DNA of 35,255 nucleotides from a virus (Duplodnaviria; Heunggongvirae; Uroviricota; Caudoviricetes): IMG/VR virus record IMGVR_UViG_2913147268_000009; one strand, 5' to 3'. Shown piece by piece: positions 8,305 to 15,906 of this stretch (position 1 is its first letter; each line of letters starts with the position of its first letter). The notes under the pieces were generated by a model. It saw only the letters and a program-made list of their open reading frames with translations, ran no database searches and was not told where the DNA came from. The position numbers and the translations under genes were made by a program.

Positions 8305-9002
8305 AAAACATCGCCGCACAGATGATTAACTTTGACCGTGAGCAGATGCGTCGGATCGCCAACAACATGCCGGAACAGTACGACGAAAAGCCGCAGGTAC
8401 AGCAGGTAGCGCAGATAATCAACGGTGTATTCAGCCAGTTACTGGCAACTTTCCCGGCGAGCCTGGCTAATCGTGACCAGAACGAACTGAACGAAATCCG
8501 CCGCCAGTGGGTTCTGGCTTTCCGGGAAAACGGGATCACCACGATGGAGCAGGTGAGCGACGGAATGCGTGTTGCCCGTCGGCAGAATAGACCATTTCTG
8601 CCATCACCCGGGCAGTTTGTTGCATGGTGCCGGGAAGAAGCATCCGTTACCGCCGGGCTGCCAAACGTCAGCGAGCTGGTTGATATGGTTTACGAGTATT
8701 GCCGGAAGCGTGGTCTGTATCCGGATGCAGAGTCTTATCCGTGGAAATCAAACGCGCACTACTGGCTGGTTACCAACCTGTATCAGAACATGCGGGCCAA
8801 TGCGTTGACTGACGCGGAATTACGGCGCAAGGCTGCCGATGAACTGGCCTGTATGACCGCGCGAATTAACCGTGGTGAGGCTATACCTGAACCAGTAAAA
8901 CAACTTCCTGTCATGGGCGGTAGGCCTCTAAATCGTGCACAGGCTCTGGCGAAGATCGCAGAAATCAAAGCTAAGTTCGGGCTGAAAGGAGCGATGAAAT
9001 AG
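8301..9002 (+). CDS. P: Replication protein P (DnaB helicase loader)
   Basis: 233-aa translation (MKNIAAQMINFDREQMRRIANNMPEQYDEKPQVQQVAQIINGVFSQLLATF...) is near-identical to recalled lambda P. Confidence 0.96.
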   Translation: MKNIAAQMINFDREQMRRIANNMPEQYDEKPQVQQVAQIINGVFSQLLATFPASLANRDQNELNEIRRQWVLAFRENGITTMEQVSDGMRVARRQNRPFLPSPGQFVAWCREEASVTAGLPNVSELVDMVYEYCRKRGLYPDAESYPWKSNAHYWLVTNLYQNMRANALTDAELRRKAADELACMTARINRGEAIPEPVKQLPVMGGRPLNRAQALAKIAEIKAKFGLKGAMK

Positions 9003-9251
9003 AGCTAAAGTATTAGCTTAAAAATAAAGTATACCTAGCGAATATAATCTAGGACTAGTTGTAACGCCCGAAATGATTGATTGCGTGAGCAACAAAATTT
9101 TTCTTCCATTGTTGTGAAATCATTTAGCCATAAAGTTTATGCAGAGATTTTATTTTATTTTTGAGTTGATTTTTTTGTAACGAGCTGTATATTTCGCGCC
9201 TCTTGTCATACCAGTTATTTTTTTCATTATATTCATAACGTTGATTGAACT

Positions 9252-10901
9252 ATGACCACTGTGAATAAAAAGTTAAAAAAAACTGCATCTGGCGCGATTA
9301 CATGGTCGGTAATTGTTACCCAGATATTATCTCCAGTTTCTCTTTCTTTGATCCCAGCAAACAGTTTTGCATCATCTGGTAATAAAGATGTTACGCAAAT
9401 TTATGCCAGCGATGAGCATGCAAATAAAGTGGCCTCATTTGCAGCAAGTGCAGGTCAGAGCCTGGCGAATAATAATGCAAGTAGTTTTGCTGTAAATACT
9501 TTATCAACTCAGGCGACAAAAGAGGTCGTCGACTGGTTGCAACAATATGGCAATGCGCGCATCAAGCTTAATGTCGATGATTCTTTTTCCTTGAAGGATT
9601 CATCATTCGACTTTTTATATCCATGGCTGGATACTCAGGATTATGTGTTATTCAGTCAGACATCACTACATCGTACTGATGACCGAAATCAGACCAATAT
9701 TGGTTTGGGGATTCGTCATTTCACTCCTGATAACGCAATGTTGGGTGCGAATGTTTTCTATGATTACGATTTAAGTCGTAGTCACTCTCGTGCAGGTTTT
9801 GGGGTTGAGTACTGGAGGGATTATTTCAGGCTTGGTGTAAATACCTATTTTGGTCTATCTGACTGGAAGAACAGTCGTGATATTGATGATTATCTGGAAA
9901 GACCTGCAAATGGCTGGGATTTTTCTGCTGAAGGATGGCTACCTGCTTATCCGCAATTAGGGGCATCTATTCAGTTTGAAAAATATTATGGTAAAAATGT
10001 CGGGTTATTTGGAAGCGATAACCTGCAGGAAAACCCTTACGCAGTTACTGGGGGAATTTCTTATACACCAGTTCCTCTGATTAAGTTTTCTGCACAGCAT
10101 AAGCAAGGACAGAGCAACACTCACGATACAACCTTTGGTGTTGAGTTTAATTATCGCCCGGGCGTTTCCTTGGCTGAACAGCTTAGCAGCGATAATGTTG
10201 CAGTTATGCGAGAAGTCCAGAACCGGCGTTATGATTTTGTTGAACGAAATAACAACATTGTTCTGGAGTACAAGAAGAAGCATGCACTGAAAATCAGTTT
10301 GCCAGAGTCTGTTCAGGGGGAGGGGGAATCAATCATCCCTGTAACACTGACAATCAACAATGCTAGTGGTGGTATCAAGTCTGTACAGTGGAATGATAGT
10401 GCATTCACTGCGGCTGGCGGCAAGATCAGTGGAAATGGCACATCATGGCAGATCACTTTACCGGCTTATAAAAGCGAAGGTGTAAATTCGTGGAATGTTG
10501 GAGCCACAGTACAGGATAACAGAGGCAACGTTTCCAACTATGCCGTGATGAATATTAGCGTTACTGATAGTGGTGTCTCGACGGCTGATTCGTCTTTTAC
10601 ACTGGATGGAGATTCGTCGCCGACAATCTCTGCTGATAGCCAATCCACTTATCCGATAGTATTAAGCCTGAAAGATAGTAACGGTAAGGCATTAACCGGA
10701 CTGGCTGATGACATTGAAATGTCAGTGGAATTTACAGCAGATAGCAATAGTGCTCGACAGCGTGAAACGGTAACTGCTCCGTCATTAGGCGCGGTAGAGG
10801 AAATCTCTGCTGGTGTATATCGCTCTGTTCTGACTGCTGGTTCGCAGGCTGGTACGGTACGTGTAACTGCAAAAGTTCAGGGAAAAACCGTTTTTCCCTG
10901 A
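9252..10901 (+). CDS. Inverse autotransporter (intimin/invasin-family outer-membrane adhesin), short or truncated
   Basis: 549 aa: N-terminal signal-like segment, a central region with alternating aromatic beta-strand pattern typical of the intimin/invasin beta-barrel (FDFLYPWLDTQDYVLFSQTSLHR...GFGVEYWRDYFRLGVNTYFGL...), then two Big-like repeats. AT-rich upstream region 9003-9251. Ends 10 nt past a palindrome centre. Confidence 0.7.
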   Translation: MTTVNKKLKKTASGAITWSVIVTQILSPVSLSLIPANSFASSGNKDVTQIYASDEHANKVASFAASAGQSLANNNASSFAVNTLSTQATKEVVDWLQQYGNARIKLNVDDSFSLKDSSFDFLYPWLDTQDYVLFSQTSLHRTDDRNQTNIGLGIRHFTPDNAMLGANVFYDYDLSRSHSRAGFGVEYWRDYFRLGVNTYFGLSDWKNSRDIDDYLERPANGWDFSAEGWLPAYPQLGASIQFEKYYGKNVGLFGSDNLQENPYAVTGGISYTPVPLIKFSAQHKQGQSNTHDTTFGVEFNYRPGVSLAEQLSSDNVAVMREVQNRRYDFVERNNNIVLEYKKKHALKISLPESVQGEGESIIPVTLTINNASGGIKSVQWNDSAFTAAGGKISGNGTSWQITLPAYKSEGVNSWNVGATVQDNRGNVSNYAVMNISVTDSGVSTADSSFTLDGDSSPTISADSQSTYPIVLSLKDSNGKALTGLADDIEMSVEFTADSNSARQRETVTAPSLGAVEEISAGVYRSVLTAGSQAGTVRVTAKVQGKTVFP

Positions 10902-11220
10902 ACTTTTGCAGTTACACGTACCGTACCAGCCTGCGAACCAGCAGCCAGAACAGAGCGATATACACCAGCAGAGATTTCCTCTACCGCGCCTAATGACGGA
11001 GCAGTTACCGTTTCACGCTGTCGAGCACTATTGCTATCTGCTGTAAATTCCACTGACATTTCAATGTCATCAGCCAGTCCGGTTAATGCCTTACCGTTAC
11101 TATCTTTCAGGCTTAATACTATCGGATAAGTGGATTGGCTATCAGCAGAGATTGTCGGCGACGAATCTCCATCCAGTGTAAAAGACGAATCAGCTGTCGA
11201 TACATCACTATCAGTAATGG
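10560..11220. repeat. Spacerless inverted repeat (palindrome) with ~330-bp arms
   Basis: Arms at about 10560-10887 and 10891-11220 are reverse complements with only a few mismatches; centre CAGGGAAAAACCGTTTTTCCCTG at 10878-10900. Both flanking ORFs encode the same C-terminal peptide (...AGSQAGTVRVTAKVQGKTVFP). Confidence 0.85.
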
Positions 11221-11422
11221 CTGCCTGCTTAATATTCAGAGTAAAGGTTTTTCCCTGAACTTTTGCAGTTACACGTACCGTACCAGCCTGCGAACCAGCA
11301 GCTAAGTTACCAATTCTCGTCTGATGGCTACATACGGCGGTCAGTTTACGCTTACCAGGAAAGGCAGAAACAATGCCGGATATTTCTGCTGAGCGCAGAG
11401 TCGGCACTGATAATGTGCTCAC
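10877..11422 (-). pseudogene. Big-domain repeat fragment, mirror image of the autotransporter C-terminus
   Basis: 181-aa ORF containing two Big-like repeats, each ending AGSQAGTVRVTAKVQGKT; N-terminal 40 aa are unrelated. A 56-bp direct repeat lies at about 10892-10947 and 11248-11303. Confidence 0.4.
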
Positions 11423-11455
11423 CCGGCGTGATCCCCAGCCCCGTTTTTATACCGT

Positions 11456-11839
11456 TCATTCTGCTACCCCCTCCTCACTGAAACGCCCGGTCTGGCAGTG
11501 TGTGCAGTACTGCTCCCCATAATAATCGTGGTGACATTGCCTGCAGTACCAGCTGGCTTTACGTACCACGGGTAAGGCATCCGGGACGAATTGCTGCAGA
11601 CGTTTAATCAACCGTATTTCTCTGCGTTCCGGCCTGACATAAGGACATTGCTGCGCGTGCTCCGTCAGCCCGTCGTCAGTGTGTTCAAACCAGGGCCGTT
11701 CGGTGTCGTATTGCGGGTGGTATCTGAGTGCACTGCCGCAAAGGTGGCAGGTGTAGTGGGCATAAGGAGCAGTTTGTGCGGTACGGGCACCGGTCAGACG
11801 TCCGTTGCCATCAAGTGCGAGAAAAGATTTTGCGTACAT
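11456..11839 (-). CDS. Zinc-finger (multi-CxxC) protein of unknown function
   Basis: 127 aa with CHLC ... C ... and CRQCHH ... CTHC motifs; no family recognised. Confidence 0.4.
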   Translation of the reverse strand: MYAKSFLALDGNGRLTGARTAQTAPYAHYTCHLCGSALRYHPQYDTERPWFEHTDDGLTEHAQQCPYVRPERREIRLIKRLQQFVPDALPVVRKASWYCRQCHHDYYGEQYCTHCQTGRFSEEGVAE

Positions 11840-12005
11840 AGTATATGTTCCTCTGCGCCAGACGACACACAGGCAACAGCCGTCCCGGTACGGGCAGCGT
11901 GGTCAGGTGTGAATGGCGGTTTTCAGTTCAGTCTCAGAAGGGAAAATCAGTGTGGTCGCTGTGAACACGTCATCACACTAAGGTCAGATAAGTCGTCTGT
12001 CGGGC

Positions 12006-12353
12006 TCAGCCACGACTGCAGCCAAAGTTGCGCTCACCGGTGCCGTAAGCTTTGGTACTCTCCTTCGCCAGATAGTCAGCACGCTCCAGCACCTGCTGAA
12101 AGCCGGTGTCATCATCGCGTTCCAGCCACACCGCCGGCCTGACCGGAAAATGTGCCAGCGTGTCATAACGTCCGGCATCCACTCCCAGGGCACTGCACCA
12201 CGCCTGTTTAATCATCCCGGCCAGTGATCCCCGGGTGGAGGTGAAGGCCACACCGGGTTCATGAAGATGGCGGTCCAGGGTTTTCAGGGCCCGCTGAATG
12301 AGGCTGCGCTCTCTGGTTGTCATTTCTCCGGGCAGAAAGGAAATCTGTTGCAT
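12006..12353 (-). pseudogene. RadC-like (JAB/MPN) N-terminal fragment fused to unrelated sequence
   Basis: First ~40 aa (MQQISFLPGEMTTRERSLIQRALKTLDRHLHEPGVAFTST) match the recalled N-termini of E. coli YkfG/YeeS RadC-like proteins; the rest lacks the JAB motif. Confidence 0.45.
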
Positions 12354-12368
12354 TGTTCCGGCCCCCTT

Positions 12369-12842
12369 TCAGTCAATAATGCGCATAATGGCGCTGCATT
12401 CCGGATGCTGCAGGGCGTAATCCCGCAGACGGTAATAATGAACCGTCATGGCATAACACTCCGTACGGCAGGCGTGATGACTGTACGTCATCAGACAGGC
12501 GGCAATGCCGGCGGCTTCCGGGCTCATTTCAGCGCGGTTACCGTTCATGGCATTGAACAGTACCCATGTTTCGTCATCATAGTCATCCGGTTCAGGGGCC
12601 ATAAATGCCCCGCCGTTGTTCAGGGTGTACAGATTCCAGATACCACCGCAGTAGTTTTCGCACAGACGGTCCATCCAGCCGAAGACACGGGGCTCCAGGG
12701 TCACCCACTGTGGAATGAGGCCAAAATGCTGCGGCCAGAAGCTGATGCGCTGTTCATCAGGGACTATGGTGGCAACCAGTTGTTGCAGGCCAGTCTCCGG
12801 TGCACAGGCCGAAGAGGTGGTGTTCTGAGACAATGTTTTCAT
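12369..12842 (-). CDS. klcA: KlcA/ArdB-family antirestriction protein
   Basis: C-terminal half (...NGGAFMAPEPDDYDDETWVLFNAMNGNRAEMSPEAAGIAACLMTYSHH...AIMRIID) resembles recalled KlcA/YfjX. Likely start is the ATG at 12842 (MKTLSQ...); the ORF track extends to a GTG at 12956 because of an upstream duplicated segment. Confidence 0.7.
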   Translation of the reverse strand: MKTLSQNTTSSACAPETGLQQLVATIVPDEQRISFWPQHFGLIPQWVTLEPRVFGWMDRLCENYCGGIWNLYTLNNGGAFMAPEPDDYDDETWVLFNAMNGNRAEMSPEAAGIAACLMTYSHHACRTECYAMTVHYYRLRDYALQHPECSAIMRIID

Positions 12843-12978
12843 GTATGGGGCCATAAATGCCCCGCCGTTGTTCAGGGTGTACAGATTCCAGATACCACCG
12901 CAGTAGTTTTCGCACAGACGGTCCATCCAGCCGAAGACACGGGGCTCCAGGGTCACCCACTGTGGAATGAGGCCAAAA
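12595..12978. repeat. 132-bp direct duplication spanning the klcA 5' end
   Basis: Copies at about 12595-12726 and 12847-12978 are identical, period 252 bp; each encodes GLIPQWVTLEPRVFGWMDRLCENYCGGIWNLYTLNNGGAFMAP on the minus strand. Confidence 0.85.
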
Positions 12979-13249
12979 CCTCAACGGCATTATGGCGGTC
13001 CTTCAGGGCGCTGAAGCTGTAGCGGAACGGCGCACCATCATCCGGCATCACCACATTACTGCGGTTATAGGTCCACACCTTATCCGACGGTCGGTCCTGC
13101 ACGAACGTCAGCGTCTGCCCGTTCCATACCGGCATACAGCGCATGCATTCTGTTCGCGGAACATTATCAGGGGCCGTATCGTCCGAAAGATGCCGGGTAT
13201 ACGGCGAAGGGCAGTACGGCTGTGTCGGACAGGGCTTACATATTGCCAA
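12953..13249 (-). CDS. Hypothetical ORF (98 aa), possibly a gene fragment
   Basis: ORF abutting the klcA upstream duplication; no recognised domain; may not be a real gene. Confidence 0.2.
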   Translation of the reverse strand: MAICKPCPTQPYCPSPYTRHLSDDTAPDNVPRTECMRCMPVWNGQTLTFVQDRPSDKVWTYNRSNVVMPDDGAPFRYSFSALKDRHNAVEVLASFHSG

Positions 13250-13289
13250 AAAACTGCTTCCGTGGCGTTACTACAACGATCGCGATGTA

Positions 13290-13439
13290 CGCACAATCGT
13301 TGAGCTGGGGAAAGCCATAGACTTCGATGCCAGAACGGCTATTCCATTCGAAGGTGAGCGCCATAATGCACTTGATGACGCCCGTTACCAGGCAAAATAC
13401 GTTTCAGGGCCACTGGCAGGATTTAACATGGCGCAGTAA
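13290..13439 (+). pseudogene. C-terminal fragment of a DEDDh-type 3'-5' exonuclease
   Basis: C-terminal motif GERHNALDDARYQAKY resembles Exo III motif (H-x4-D) of DnaQ-like exonucleases; the N-terminal motifs are absent upstream. Confidence 0.3.
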
Positions 13440-13645
13440 CCAGTCAGACAATGCGCCAGCGCCACCAGCAGCACGAATCACTCGTTCGTCGCTGAAAAAT
13501 GGCAGTAATGATTTATCCTCCGCCAGCGGCTGGCGAACGGCAGGAACGACCCCGGACGGCAGATTACGCATGCTTTTCGGTTCCGGCTCCACCAGTACCC
13601 GGGTATTGTGGAATACCGGCATGGATTCACGGCCCGGCTTAACGA

Positions 13646-14388
13646 TCACCAGCCCGAGTTCCGGTACCAGAACAGGTCGAAGTAATACCCGCACGTTACC
13701 TCCAGATGCGTTGCTGGAATGTGCGGGACGGTGAGTTTGCGCAGATGTTCCAGGATGTGACGGGAAAGCGAGTAAGGCAGGGAGGAGAGCGGTTTTTCAA
13801 TTGCCTCAATGGCATCAGACGGATTCATACATGTATTCCCGGTGAAAAAAGACAAAACCCCAACCTTGGTTTTAACATTCTCGAAATGCTCTGAGAGTAT
13901 ATGTGTTAAGCCTTCTTCGGAATCTTTTGTGTTTGAAAAGATGCCTTTCTGATTGTAAATGCGCATCAGTTTTTGACCGAAGCTATTGTGCACAACTCCA
14001 TCGCCAAGAATTGTGGCTCCGTATAGAGTTCCATCGTCAGTTAAGGCCTGCGCCGCATTGCGTATTACACAGCTTTTTGTAGATATATTTCCAGGCAGGC
14101 AGTGAAGAAGGTAAAACATGGAAATGGAATCAAATTGACCATGTAACGCCGCGGGATAAGGGACATACCGGCAACCTCTGTTCTGAGCAGGTCACCCTCC
14201 AGACGGACGAAGCCATAGCTGCCGCTGCTTTCCGGCGTGGCTCCACGGGCAATACCGCCGTTGTTATCGTGACCGAGATGACCGCCCTGAATGCTGAGAC
14301 GGACGCTGTTATTTTCACCGTTTACACCGGTCTGATGGCTGCGGGAGCCTGCCAGAATCCGGTCATAGTCCATTGCCTGTGTCAGCAT
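13646..14388 (-). pseudogene. Frameshifted ORF pair with weak class I methyltransferase-like motif
   Basis: ORFs 14065-14388 and 13646-14119 are in different frames but co-linear. The junction region encodes FDSISMFYLLHCLP, weakly resembling SAM-methyltransferase motif II. Assignment is uncertain. Confidence 0.25.
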
Positions 14389-14389
14389 G

Positions 14390-14537
14390 GAGAAGAAAGT
14401 CTGAACGAGTCGGTTAAGTCAGAGCAGTCACCGCGGGTGGTACTCTGGGAAATCGACCTGACGGTACAGGGCGGTGAGCGGTATTTTTTCTGTAATGAGC
14501 TGAATGAAAAAGGGGAGCCGGTCACCTGGCAGGGGCG
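14390..14537 (+). pseudogene. Duplicated fragment of tail gene L (codons ~6-53)
   Basis: Nucleotide-identical by eye to 32503-32647 (EESLNESVKSEQSPRVVLWEIDLTVQGGERYFFCNELNEKGEPVTWQGR), ending abruptly at the 148-bp repeat. Confidence 0.85.
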
Positions 14538-14685
14538 GCATTAACAGAGACCGCAGCCCGACAGGGAGACTCCTCTGCGCGAGTGTGCGGGGATAATCAA
14601 AAACGATACACACCGGGGTTTACCGCGTTAACGGAGCGCGGCGTTGTCCCCTCATAGTCGCCTGTCCGGTGCGATGGTGGAAGAA
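14538..14685. repeat. 148-bp repeat, copy 1 (unclassified element)
   Basis: GCATTAACAGAGACCGCAGCCCGACAGGGAGACTCC...GATGGTGGAAGAA recurs at 17848-17995; here it joins the gpL fragment to the IS629-like fragment. Confidence 0.85.
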
Positions 14686-14931
14686 CGTCCGTCCGGCACC
14701 ATCCATCACAGCGATAAAGGCTCTCAGTATGTGTCACTGGCCTATATGGAGCGATTAAAAGAAGCAAAACTGCTGGCATCAACAGGGAGTACAGGCGACT
14801 CGTATGACAACGCGATGGCGGAGAGCATCAATGGTCTTTACAAAGCGGAGGTAATACACCGTAAGAGCTGGAAAAACCGTGCAGAAGTGGAACTGGCCAC
14901 ACTCACGTGGGTGGACTGGTATAACAATCGA
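14686..14931 (+). mobile_element. IS3-family (IS629-like) transposase OrfB 3' fragment
   Basis: Encodes RPSGTIHHSDKGSQYVSLAYMERLKEAKLLASTGSTGDSYDNAMAESINGLYKAEVIHRKSWKNRAEVELATLTWVDWYNNR (integrase core with DDE-region motifs). Co-linear with the IS at the window end, then diverges after AACAATCGA. Confidence 0.75.
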
Positions 14932-15098
14932 CACCCGACATACCGGTACGGCTCAGCCACCGCAATCCCCCCGTTTATCTCCTGACGGTCACATTCCCGA
15001 TTATTTTTTACGTTTCTCCCCGGTTGTTATGCCGGTGAAGGTGGTGCGTTGTTTTCATCACCAACGCCGGTTGAGATTAACAACATCCGGAGGAACAT

Positions 15099-15765
15099 TG
15101 TATTATGAGTAATTGCGTTACCACAGTCCCTGCACTTCTTTTTGCGTATCACGATCGCTCCCTCTCCACGCCTTATCCGTAACCTGTTTTTTACATTAAA
15201 AAAACAACGCCGGGAATTCAATCGTCAGTCCGGCGATGACCGTTCGGGTTATCACAGAGTGCCTGAGACAGTGTCCTGCCGGAGGTCACCTCAGGGGCTC
15301 TGCGCATTTTTTACGACGTGGTTATTCCGTATGAACCATACGGAGATTTAACCATGACCTACAAATACAACCCCTTCTGGAACGTAGTACTCACCAATAA
15401 ATAAGCGTCAATACGGTGCTCCGTTGACGCTTACCTTTCCTGTCATGGCCGGTTGATTCTGCAGACAGATGCTCAGGGGGCGTGGTTTGAGCATGATTTA
15501 CATGCCCTGAGTGAGCAACAGAAGGGTAAGCGTGCAGCAAGAACCGTATTGACGGGGATGTGTTATTCAGTCGGCAGTGCTGTTCTGCGGGGTTCTGCGG
15601 ATAATATTTTCTGTTCCATAACAGGTGTCCACTAGTTGATGAAAAGGTGGGCACCTACGTTACCAATACTGGCTTAATGGCTACATACGGCGGTCAGTTT
15701 ACGCTTACATCGTGATACGCAAAAAGAAGTGCAGGGACTGTGGTAACGCAATTACTCATAATACA
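15099..15765. repeat. 57-bp inverted repeats flanking a ~553-bp segment
   Basis: Left arm about 15099-15155 and right arm about 15709-15765 are exact reverse complements; each arm encodes the first 17 codons (IRKKKCRDCGNAITHNT) of a small zinc-ribbon protein. Confidence 0.85.
15677..15708. repeat. 32-bp repeat shared with 11324-11355
   Basis: ATGGCTACATACGGCGGTCAGTTTACGCTTAC occurs directly left of the right 57-bp inverted repeat and inside the 5' end of the minus-strand Big-fragment ORF. Confidence 0.8.
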
Positions 15766-15906
15766 GTTTGTTGCCCGTATTGTGGCGCTGTCGACCCCTT
15801 CGGTTATTACCGGAAGACCGATCGTCTGCTCTGTTTACTGACGTTACTGCTGGTGCTGATTCTGGTTACCGTTTCAGGCGTCAGTGTATTTGTACTGTTG
15901 CAGTAG
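15712..15906 (+). CDS. Small zinc-ribbon plus transmembrane-helix protein (64 aa)
   Basis: CRDCGNAITHNTVCCPYCG followed by a hydrophobic helix (LLCLLTLLLVLILVTVSGVSVFVLL); GTG start with weak RBS in the present orientation. Confidence 0.4.
   Translation: MIRKKKCRDCGNAITHNTVCCPYCGAVDPFGYYRKTDRLLCLLTLLLVLILVTVSGVSVFVLLQ

Noticed and set aside
10560-11303. Diversity-generating retroelement (template/variable repeat pair) as explanation for the Big-domain repeats
   Set aside because: No reverse transcriptase ORF in the window, and the repeats are inverted and near-identical rather than showing adenine-specific differences.
12261-13022. 253-aa plus-strand ORF
   Set aside because: Entirely antisense to the klcA gene and its duplicated segment; arginine/glycine-rich with no domain features, and its internal repetition mirrors the DNA duplication. 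Treated as a shadow ORF.
13327-13734. 135-aa plus-strand ORF
   Set aside because: Low-complexity Ser/Thr/Arg-rich translation overlapping fragments on both strands; no start signals.
14065-14388. Possible tail-fibre C-terminal fragment (glycine/histidine-rich GGHLGHDNNGG)
   Set aside because: The initial resemblance to tail-fibre repeats did not hold up. The ORF is co-linear with a downstream ORF in another frame and fits a frameshifted gene better; no tail-fibre assembly gene follows.
14644-14985. 113-aa ORF called as an intact gene
   Set aside because: It is the 3' fragment of the IS629-like orfB with its start inside the 148-bp repeat and its end in non-IS sequence; annotated as an IS fragment instead.
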